15,641 nt of DNA from positions 1 to 15,641 of the forward strand of contig CAXSGP010000105.1 in assembly GCA_964236955.1 (NCBI GenBank), read 5' to 3'. This DNA comes from an uncultured Oligoflexus sp. (GTDB taxonomy: Bacteria > Bdellovibrionota_B > Oligoflexia > Oligoflexales > Oligoflexaceae). Positions 7,698-14,948 of this stretch are shown in pieces. Under the pieces are notes generated by a model. The model did no database searches. It had not been told where the DNA came from and was given only the letters and a program-made list of their open reading frames with translations. Position 1 is the first letter of the stretch. Each line of letters starts with the position of its first letter. The position numbers were made by a program, and so were the translations under genes.

Positions 7698-8660
7698 ATG
7701 GCCAAGATACCCCATCTTTTTATCATAGACCCAATCGAGACTCTCAACTTTTCACTCGATTCCAGTCTAAGAATTGCGCGGGCGCTGCGTAGCCTTGGCC
7801 ACGAAACCTTTATCTGTACGCCTGGTCAGGTCGAATGGGCAAGTCGCGATGGCTGCGCCGTTGCTTATAGCCAAGAGCTGCAGTCAGACCTAGCCGATGT
7901 CAGTCGCTATCAGCTGCAGCCAGCCAAACGCATTCGCCTCGATCACTTTCGCGCTATTCATATGCGCAAGGATCCCCCTTACGATCTTGCCTATATCGCC
8001 TGCACCTGGATGCTGGATACGGCGGTCAAGGCCGGGGTAAAGGTCCTCAATGCCCCGGGAGCCTTGAGGGATTACAATGAAAAACTTAGTATTTTTCAAT
8101 TTCCTGAAGCGATTCAGGACGGGCTCGTGTCGGCCAGCGCTGAAAGTTTGATGAATTTTCTTGAACACGCTGCCCACGGCGACGCCGTATTGAAGCCGCT
8201 AACGCTCTTTGGGGGCCGCGGCGTCTTGCGGCTCAACCTGCTCACGCAATCGAAGGCATCCCTTGCAAAGCTCCTTGCCACGGAAACCAACCAGGGCCTC
8301 GATTACCGTTTGATGCAGCCCTTTGATAAAAGAATCTTCGAGGGTGAGGTGCGGGTCTTTACGGCTCGCGGCCAGGCGGTGTCCTGGTGTCTGAAAAAAC
8401 CCCAAGGCGATAACTTTCTTGCCAATACACGTTCGGGTGCCACGCTGGAAGCCTATCAGCCCACAGCGCGGGAGGTGCATCTGGTCGAAAGTATCGCCGG
8501 CAAACTCCTTGCCGATGGCGTATATTTTCTAGGTTTTGATTTGATCGGCGGCCAGGTATCCGAGATCAACCTGACCAGTCCCCGCCTCCTGCAGGCGAGC
8601 GATGAGAACACGGAGCCCTACAATCGCATTGCCGCCTTGATTGATCGTGATTTAAGGTAA
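7698..8660 (+). CDS. gshB: Glutathione synthetase-like ATP-grasp ligase
   Basis: N-domain FIIDP...DSS, MRKDPPYD, NEKL, VLKPL..GG, GFDLIG...SEINLTSP; 320 aa. Some loop residues differ from the recalled GshB consensus. Confidence 0.82.
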   Translation: MAKIPHLFIIDPIETLNFSLDSSLRIARALRSLGHETFICTPGQVEWASRDGCAVAYSQELQSDLADVSRYQLQPAKRIRLDHFRAIHMRKDPPYDLAYIACTWMLDTAVKAGVKVLNAPGALRDYNEKLSIFQFPEAIQDGLVSASAESLMNFLEHAAHGDAVLKPLTLFGGRGVLRLNLLTQSKASLAKLLATETNQGLDYRLMQPFDKRIFEGEVRVFTARGQAVSWCLKKPQGDNFLANTRSGATLEAYQPTAREVHLVESIAGKLLADGVYFLGFDLIGGQVSEINLTSPRLLQASDENTEPYNRIAALIDRDLR

Positions 8661-8685
8661 TCGCTCCAAAATAATTCGTTCCTCA

Positions 8686-8698
8686 AATCAATGAGTTA
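8686..8698 (+). promoter_or_regulatory. IHF-consensus site
   Basis: AATCAATGAGTTA is an exact match to WATCAANNNNTTR, with an AT-rich tract (AAAATAATT) upstream. Confidence 0.45.
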
Positions 8699-8710
8699 GG
8701 GTCAGCCCGG

Positions 8711-8737
8711 TAAAGAACCTCGCCAAGTGTCCGACAA
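8711..8737 (+). promoter_or_regulatory. Putative sigma-28 (FliA) promoter
   Basis: TAAAG-N14-TCCGACAA with canonical spacing, ending 36 nt before GTG 8774. Confidence 0.55.
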
Positions 8738-8773
8738 ACCTCCCAAGTTTCAGTGATTCAGGGGGGTTTTTCC

Positions 8774-9742
8774 GTGAAATTAGTTACCAGCATCCGTACA
8801 CTCGCATTAACAGCTCTATTATTCAGCAGCAGTTGCACCAGCGATGGGACAGAACCCGTCGAAACGGTTGAAGAAGAAAATCGAATCCCTACGCAGTCCG
8901 ACGAAGTCGTTGACAGCGAACTCCCATCGCCCGAAGCCGCTTCCGTAGAGGCCCAAAAAGCCGGCGAAGCGATCGATTCCAATAGCAGCGGCGAAGTCCA
9001 AAATCTTTCGAGCGATCAGCAGATGGCTGTTGATCAAAGCGCCAATGGCGCCGGGCAGGAGGTAGCGCCCGCTTCGACTGCAGGCGCCGAAACCGCAGCC
9101 GCACCCAGCGAGTCACCGGCTTTGCCAGAGGCAGCAATCGCTGCTGAAACCACACCCGCATCGCCGGTAGTTCCGGCCGAAGAAGTAGCCCCGGCCGAAC
9201 CAATAGCCAAAACTTCCGAAACTGCAGCTGCCGGTCCAGCAGCTGCCAAGGCGTCGGCCCATAAAAGCAAAAAGTCTAAGAAAAGCCAATCAAGTCACGC
9301 TCGCAAAACACCAAGCCTGAGCGGCAATGAAAAGGTTTACGTCGTCCAACCCGGCGACACTCTCGGCAGCATCTCGACCATGCTCTACGGCTCTAACAAA
9401 GAGTGGAAAACCCTCGCCAATCTCAATGGCCTTAACGATGCCGGCCTTATCTTTCCCGGTGATGCCCTCAAGTACACCGCAAGCGAAGCGTCCGCTGCTT
9501 TTGAAGCCCGCTATGACGGTCTTGCCAAAGTCAGTGTCACTGTCGAAAAAGGCGACACTCTTACGAAGATCGCTGCCCGCGTCATGGGACAGGCCCAATT
9601 CTGGAAATTGCTCTGGCGCTGGAATGAAAAGACTCTCGCTGACCCCAATAAAATTGCCGTCGGTCAGACTTTGGACTACGTTTCGGCTCAGGATCTTGTG
9701 GCTGCTTCTCGAGCTACCGCTGAGCCTGCAGCGGCTCACTGA
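8774..9742 (+). CDS. Probable lipoprotein with a long low-complexity linker and two C-terminal LysM domains
   Basis: Start set at GTG 8774, after a G-run SD (track start 8753). Signal peptide MKLVTSIRTLALTALLFSSS-C with an imperfect lipobox. Ala/Glu/Pro/Ser-rich linker and KSKKSKKS patch. LysM1 YVVQPGDTLGSIS...LIFPGDAL (~9335-9475); LysM2 VEKGDTLTKIA...DPNKIAVGQTL (~9533-9679). Confidence 0.85.
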   Translation: MKLVTSIRTLALTALLFSSSCTSDGTEPVETVEEENRIPTQSDEVVDSELPSPEAASVEAQKAGEAIDSNSSGEVQNLSSDQQMAVDQSANGAGQEVAPASTAGAETAAAPSESPALPEAAIAAETTPASPVVPAEEVAPAEPIAKTSETAAAGPAAAKASAHKSKKSKKSQSSHARKTPSLSGNEKVYVVQPGDTLGSISTMLYGSNKEWKTLANLNGLNDAGLIFPGDALKYTASEASAAFEARYDGLAKVSVTVEKGDTLTKIAARVMGQAQFWKLLWRWNEKTLADPNKIAVGQTLDYVSAQDLVAASRATAEPAAAH

Positions 9743-9784
9743 ACGCTGATACTACGCTAGAATCCATGGGTTAATTGCCAGTAT

Positions 9785-9812
9785 TCAAGTACACGCCCCC
9801 GATGCTCGATAA
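9785..9812 (+). promoter_or_regulatory. Putative sigma-28 (FliA) promoter
   Basis: TCAAG-N15-CTCGATAA, ending 39 nt before ATG 9852. An IHF-like AATCCATGGGTTA lies at 9761-9773. Confidence 0.45.
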
Positions 9813-9851
9813 GGGGTCTGTCAGAGAGATAAAGAATACAGGAGGCCCCCG

Positions 9852-10727
9852 ATGGAAACTTTGGTCGGTAAGTATCTTGTCGGAGTCATGGGGATAGGAT
9901 TTATCTTCTCAAGCTTCGTTGCCTGCGGAACCGGACTTTATAAGGTTTCCGTAAAAGACGACTTCGATACGAAAGCAACTGCTGTAGCGAGCCCTGCTTC
10001 GTTAGACAAGACTTCGACGCTCTATGGAATACATGCCCCCTCGGGCTGGCAAAAACTGCCGATACCCTTTCGCTTTGATCCGACTCTTACCGAGAACCAA
10101 AAGATCCAGTTGATGTCGGCAATGAAGCGCTGGGAATGGGCAACGGGCAAGACTATGTTTTCTTTTGATGGCATTCATTCCGGTGTGACGGGCGATACAT
10201 TTAAAGATCTCTATAGTTCCTTGTCTGACAACATAAACGGCAATTATCTCGACACAAATTGGGAAAAGACCAGTAAGCCGGACTATGTTTTGGCTACTAC
10301 GATCTGGAGCAACGGGGCCGATTACTCGACCGTCGTCAAAGCAGACCTGCGGTTTAATAACGAATATTATGTGATTGGCGATAGCTTTGAGGTCAAAACC
10401 GATGGGAAAAGGGAAGTCGTCGACATGCAGTCGCTCGCCTTGCACGAGCTTGGCCATCTGCTTGGTCTCGGCCATGTCGAGGAAGATGTCGACTCGCTGT
10501 CCATCATGAACCCCACCCTATTTATAGGCGAGGGCCTGACGACACGAAAGCTGGCGCGCAGCGATCTCGAACGCATTCAGCTGATCTACGGCTGTGCCGG
10601 CACGGCCTGTGATCACGACAAGCTGCTCAAGGAGCAGGACGAGAAAAACTGGGACAGTCTGCCTTTGACTGCCAAACAGTGGGTCGACTCAGGCTCCAAG
10701 CAATCACCACCCTTAAAACTCCGCTGA
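9852..10727 (+). CDS. Matrixin/M10-like metzincin metalloprotease, probable lipoprotein
   Basis: HELGHLLGLGH (HExxHxxGxxH), Met-turn SIMNP, ADLRFN motif. Hydrophobic N-terminus ending FVAC-G (lipobox-like). SD AGGAGG. Confidence 0.88.
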   Translation: METLVGKYLVGVMGIGFIFSSFVACGTGLYKVSVKDDFDTKATAVASPASLDKTSTLYGIHAPSGWQKLPIPFRFDPTLTENQKIQLMSAMKRWEWATGKTMFSFDGIHSGVTGDTFKDLYSSLSDNINGNYLDTNWEKTSKPDYVLATTIWSNGADYSTVVKADLRFNNEYYVIGDSFEVKTDGKREVVDMQSLALHELGHLLGLGHVEEDVDSLSIMNPTLFIGEGLTTRKLARSDLERIQLIYGCAGTACDHDKLLKEQDEKNWDSLPLTAKQWVDSGSKQSPPLKLR

Positions 10728-10752
10728 ATCTCTTTCACTGAATTGTTACGGC

Positions 10753-10781
10753 ATGGCGGTTCGTAAGAACCTCCATTTTTT
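10753..10781 (+). terminator. Intrinsic terminator after the metalloprotease gene
   Basis: ATGGCGGTTC-GTAA-GAACCTCCAT stem with one mismatch and a GNRA loop, followed by a T-run. Confidence 0.65.
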
Positions 10782-10895
10782 CGGTGACCGGCGCAAAAGT
10801 TTCCCCGCGCCGCGCCCCAACCGAACCCCGTCAAAGCCTCGTCACTCGCCCCAAAGCCCGCGTGGGGCGCCCGACTTTTACCCACCAAAATATCG

Positions 10896-10924
10896 TCGAC
10901 CTTGAACCGGCAAGGACTTATAGT
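10896..10924 (+). promoter_or_regulatory. Candidate sigma-70 promoter for valS
   Basis: TCGACC-N17-TATAGT, ending 36 nt before ATG 10961. Confidence 0.45.
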
Positions 10925-10960
10925 GGTCCGGAACACGGTGCCAAAAGGAGTCTGCTTCCG

Positions 10961-13633
10961 ATGATTGAATTAGATTCAACCTACGAACCCAATAAATATG
11001 AAAAAAAGTGGTACGACTACGGCCTTGAGCACAAGCTTTTTCATGCACCTGTCGATCCCAAGCGCAAAGCTTTTACCATCCTCATGCCGCCGCCCAACGT
11101 GACGTCTCAGCTGCATATGGGGCATGGCCTTGGTTATTCCATTCAAGACCTTCTCAGCCGCTGGCAGCGCATGAAGGGCCTTAACGTCTGCTGGTTGCCC
11201 GGAACCGATCATGCCGGGATCGCGACGCAGATGATGGTTGAAAAAGATCTGGAGAAGGAAGGCACGAGCCGGCGGGCGATGGGCCGCGAAAAATTCTTTG
11301 AGCGCCTGACCGTTTGGAAAGAAAAATACGGCGGCATAATACTCGACCAGTTTAAAACCCTGGGGTTTAGCTGTGATTGGGAACGCCTGGCCTATACCAT
11401 GGATCCCAAACTTTCCGAAGCGGTGCGGCACGTCTTTGTCGAACTCTACAAGGAAGGCCTGATCTACCGCGGGGAACGTCTCGTCAACTGGGACACGGCC
11501 CTGCAAACCGCAATTTCCGACGATGAAGTGGAAAGCAAAGAGGTGCAGGGCAGCCTTTATTTCTACCGCTATCCTATCGATGGCAGCGCCGAGCAGATTC
11601 CCATCGCCACAACCCGCCCTGAAACGATGCTCGGCGACGCGGCGGTGGCCGTTCATGCCGAGGACGAACGTTTTAAGCAACTGATTGGCAAAAAGGTTAA
11701 ATTACCCTTTACCGGGCGCCTCATTCCCATCATCGCCGATGATTATGTGAAGGCGGAATTTGGAACGGGCGCCGTGAAGATCACGCCCGCCCATGATCCT
11801 AACGACTTTGAAATCGGCAAGCGGCATCAGCTGCCCTTTATCAACGTCATGACGACGACGGGAACAATGGCCGAAAACTGCCCGGCACCCTTTGCCGGTC
11901 TCGATCGATTTGCGGCGCGAAAAGAAGTCGTCAGGCAGCTGAAGGCGCTTGGACTTTTTGACGAAGAAAAATCCTATAAAACCACCGTTCCCCATTCCGA
12001 ACGCAGCAAGACCGTGATCGAACCGCGCCTGAGTCAGCAATGGTTTGTGAAGATGGCGGAATTAGCCAAGCCGGCTGCTGATGCGGCACGCAGGGATGAG
12101 TTGCAGTTTCATCCCGACCTTTGGAAAAAGACCTATCTCTACTGGCTCGATAATATTCAGGACTGGTGCATTTCCCGGCAACTTTGGTGGGGCCATCGCA
12201 TTCCCATCTGGTATTGCAAGGCCTGCGACGGGGTGACGACGGGCATGATCGATCCCACGCAGTGCCAGGCCTGTGCCTCTGTGGATATTCATCAGGATGA
12301 AGACGTCCTCGACACCTGGTTTTCCAGCTGGCTTTGGCCCCTAAGCCCCTTTGATTGGCCGAGCAAAGACGCCAAGGCCATCGAAACCCTTGAGTACTTT
12401 AATCCAACCGATGTGCTGGTGACCGCACCAGAGATTATTTTTCTCTGGGTGGCGCGCATGGTCATGGCCAACCTTAAGTTTAAAAATCGTTTGCCCTTTA
12501 AACACGTCTATTTCAATGCCACGGTTTGCGATAAGCAGGGCCGAAAGTTTTCCAAGACCCTAGGCAACGGCATCGATCCGCTGGACGTCATCGCCAAGCA
12601 TGGTGCCGATGCCGTGCGCTTTACGGCGATCAGCCTGGCGCCGCTTGGTGGCCGGGTGAAAATGGACGTTGACGATTTTGATAATGGCGCCCGCTTTGTC
12701 AATAAAATCTGGAATGCCGCTCGCATGGTCTTTCAGCATCTCGAGCCTGGCCAAAGCCTGCCCGGCATCGAGACGCTAACCCTGACCCTTTCGGAAAAAT
12801 GGCTGATTCAAAGGCTGAGGGAGACCGCCGTTAAGGTCGATACCCATCTCGAAGGCTTCCGCGTCAATGATGCGGTGGAAGAGATTTATCATTTCATCTG
12901 GGGCGCTTTCTGCGACTGGGGTCTTGAATGTGCAAAGATCGATCTTGCGGCGACCGCCAAAGCCGCCGACAAACTGCGTGCCCTTTCCGTCCTGGTCTAT
13001 GTCTTTGATGGGGCCCTCCGCCTTGCTCATCCGGTGATGCCCTTTGTCACGGAAGAGCTTTGGCAGAAGATGCCGGCGCATCCCAGTTGGGGGCCACGGC
13101 CGCTCAGCCTCTCAATCGCGGCCTTTCCCCATGCGGGCCTGATCCCTGACTTTGCCGGGGCTGCCGCGCAGTGGAAAACGATTCAGGATATCATCAGCGG
13201 CATCCGCTCGGTGCGTTCGCAGATGGGGCTTTCACCCAAGCAGGAGCTTCCGGCCCACATCCGTGTCGATGCCGCGCTGGCGCCGATTGTCGCCGCCGCT
13301 AACGAGTGGATCATGCGCTTAGGCAAGGCCGATAAGGTGCTATCGGGACCTCAGGTGAAGCGGCCTGGCCAATCGCTGACGGCGGTCGGCCAGGGCTTTG
13401 AAATTTATCTGCCGGTGGAAGGTTTGATCGATATCGACAAAGAGCGGCTGCGCCTCAGCACGGAGGAGCAGCGCCTGAGAAAAATTCTGCATAGCATCGC
13501 CTCCAAACTCGACAACAAGAGTTTTGTCGAGAGGGCGCCGGAAGATGTCCTTGAGCAGACCCGGGCCCAGCGCACGAATATCGACGAGCAGCTGAGCGCA
13601 ATCGGCCGAAACCTCAAGGCCCTGCAAGCTTAA
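10961..13633 (+). CDS. valS: Valine--tRNA ligase
   Basis: PPPNVT..LHMGH (HIGH), GTDHAGIATQ, TTRPETMLGD, FGTGAVKITPAHD, DWCISRQLWWGHRIP, DVLDTWFSS, KFSKT (KMSKS equivalent), and a C-terminal coiled coil. Start moved from 10784 to ATG 10961 (SD AAGGAG), giving 890 aa. Confidence 0.97.
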   Translation: MIELDSTYEPNKYEKKWYDYGLEHKLFHAPVDPKRKAFTILMPPPNVTSQLHMGHGLGYSIQDLLSRWQRMKGLNVCWLPGTDHAGIATQMMVEKDLEKEGTSRRAMGREKFFERLTVWKEKYGGIILDQFKTLGFSCDWERLAYTMDPKLSEAVRHVFVELYKEGLIYRGERLVNWDTALQTAISDDEVESKEVQGSLYFYRYPIDGSAEQIPIATTRPETMLGDAAVAVHAEDERFKQLIGKKVKLPFTGRLIPIIADDYVKAEFGTGAVKITPAHDPNDFEIGKRHQLPFINVMTTTGTMAENCPAPFAGLDRFAARKEVVRQLKALGLFDEEKSYKTTVPHSERSKTVIEPRLSQQWFVKMAELAKPAADAARRDELQFHPDLWKKTYLYWLDNIQDWCISRQLWWGHRIPIWYCKACDGVTTGMIDPTQCQACASVDIHQDEDVLDTWFSSWLWPLSPFDWPSKDAKAIETLEYFNPTDVLVTAPEIIFLWVARMVMANLKFKNRLPFKHVYFNATVCDKQGRKFSKTLGNGIDPLDVIAKHGADAVRFTAISLAPLGGRVKMDVDDFDNGARFVNKIWNAARMVFQHLEPGQSLPGIETLTLTLSEKWLIQRLRETAVKVDTHLEGFRVNDAVEEIYHFIWGAFCDWGLECAKIDLAATAKAADKLRALSVLVYVFDGALRLAHPVMPFVTEELWQKMPAHPSWGPRPLSLSIAAFPHAGLIPDFAGAAAQWKTIQDIISGIRSVRSQMGLSPKQELPAHIRVDAALAPIVAAANEWIMRLGKADKVLSGPQVKRPGQSLTAVGQGFEIYLPVEGLIDIDKERLRLSTEEQRLRKILHSIASKLDNKSFVERAPEDVLEQTRAQRTNIDEQLSAIGRNLKALQA

Positions 13634-13646
13634 TGGCCTCATTCTC

Positions 13647-13684
13647 AAAGAGCCCAAATGCTCAGGCATGCGGGCTCTTTTTTT
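13647..13684. terminator. Probably bidirectional intrinsic terminator between convergent valS and the PLP-enzyme gene
   Basis: AAAGAGCCC-AA-ATGC-TCAG-GCAT-GC-GGGCTCTTT followed by TTTT. The T-tail is strong on the plus strand and shorter on the minus strand. Confidence 0.8.
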
Positions 13685-13699
13685 GGGAATATGAAAAAT

Positions 13700-14947
13700 T
13701 TACGAAAGGGCCAACACCGCCTGGGTGATGAGCGGCAACGCTTCTTCCCAATCTGCTTCAGGAAACGTAAGGGCCGGCGTCAGCGAAAGGCCTTCCCCAA
13801 AACTTCCACTGGCCAGGGCAATGATTCCCATTGGCCGCAGATTATCCATAAGCACCGCACCCAAACCCTTGGTGTCGAGTTCAAGGCCTATCATCAATCC
13901 CTGCCCCCGCACCTCTTTAAGTCGGGGCGAGTCGCCCAGAGCGGCCCTGAGATCGCTGATTATTCTTTGTCCAAGTTGCCGCGAGCGCTCGATCAGCTGT
14001 CCCTCTTTGATAGCCTGCAGCGTCGCCAGACCCAGCCGACAGCTTAAGGGATGACCAAAAAAGGTCCCCGTATGCAAGGCTTCACCCTGGTTTTGAGGCC
14101 AGGCGTCCATCACCTCGGCCCGTCCAAAGCAGGCGGAAAGAGGCAGACCGCCGCCTAGGGCTTTGCCGAGGCAAACCAAGTCACAGTCGAGGGTCGAGGA
14201 GGAACTAAAGCTGCCGATCCGGCCCAGGCCGGTAAAAACTTCATCGAGGATCAGGAGTACCCCTTTGGAACGGCAGAGCTCGCCCAGTCTCTCGAGCCAG
14301 CCGCTGGGCGCCATGCGGATGCCGGCGCGGCCTTGTATCACTTCGACAATCACGCCCGCCGTGCCAAAACCAGCCCGGCTCTGGCGCTCGATCGCCCCTT
14401 CCAGCTCATTCATCGGGCAGCCAAAGCCTAGCTCTGTAACCAGGTGCGAAGGCATCCATTGCAGAAACGGATTTTTAAAATCAGCCCGTGAGGTCAGGGG
14501 CAAAATGCCAAGATCCAGTCCATGGTAGCTGTCGGCAAAGGTGATAAAGCCAGATTTTTTGCTTGCAATCTGCGCTGTTTTGATTGCAATTTCAACAGCT
14601 TGCCCACCACTTAAGGCAAGCGCCCCTTTCGCCATCGCTGCCGGCAGCTCCTGGCCCAGATACTCAAGCAGGCGAATCTTATCGACCGAAGGGTACACGT
14701 CCCCCATACCGTGGATGATGGCGAATTCATCGCCGAAGGAGCGTTCAAATACCTGGCGTTGAACCCTGTTGTTGTGGCCCAGGGCTGTCACCCCAAAACC
14801 TGCACAGAGATCAATGTACTCACGTCCCTCCGTATCCCAGATGCGTGAGCCTTTGGCGCGTGCAAAGACGAGCGGCGGCAGGGCCGCCTGATAGGTGGAA
14901 TCGCGGCACTCCCACTTTTGAAGGGTGCGCATCCAATCGTCAGCCAT
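13700..14947 (-). CDS. Class-III aminotransferase-family PLP-dependent enzyme, substrate unknown
   Basis: RAKGSRIWDTEGREYIDL..GFGVTALGH, SYHG, LLILDEVFTGLGRIG, LGKALGGGLP (PLP lysine), HTGTFFGHP, EVRGQGLMIG. Start moved from 15157 to ATG 14947, 1 nt after the queE stop, with SD AAGGAG inside the queE 3' end; 415 aa. Confidence 0.88.
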   Translation of the reverse strand: MADDWMRTLQKWECRDSTYQAALPPLVFARAKGSRIWDTEGREYIDLCAGFGVTALGHNNRVQRQVFERSFGDEFAIIHGMGDVYPSVDKIRLLEYLGQELPAAMAKGALALSGGQAVEIAIKTAQIASKKSGFITFADSYHGLDLGILPLTSRADFKNPFLQWMPSHLVTELGFGCPMNELEGAIERQSRAGFGTAGVIVEVIQGRAGIRMAPSGWLERLGELCRSKGVLLILDEVFTGLGRIGSFSSSSTLDCDLVCLGKALGGGLPLSACFGRAEVMDAWPQNQGEALHTGTFFGHPLSCRLGLATLQAIKEGQLIERSRQLGQRIISDLRAALGDSPRLKEVRGQGLMIGLELDTKGLGAVLMDNLRPMGIIALASGSFGEGLSLTPALTFPEADWEEALPLITQAVLALS

Positions 14948-14948
14948 G

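Noticed and set aside
9353..9561. Direct repeat GGCGACACTCT at 9353 and 9551
   Set aside because: It is explained by the GDTL motif of the two LysM domains and is not a CRISPR or mobile-element repeat.
10784..10960. 59-residue N-terminal extension of ValS in the ORF track
   Set aside because: The sequence is Arg/Pro-rich and not ValS-like. A SD and candidate promoter sit directly before ATG 10961.
10728..10960. T-box riboswitch or tRNA/SRP RNA upstream of valS
   Set aside because: I see no T-box antiterminator consensus, cloverleaf or SRP core motif.
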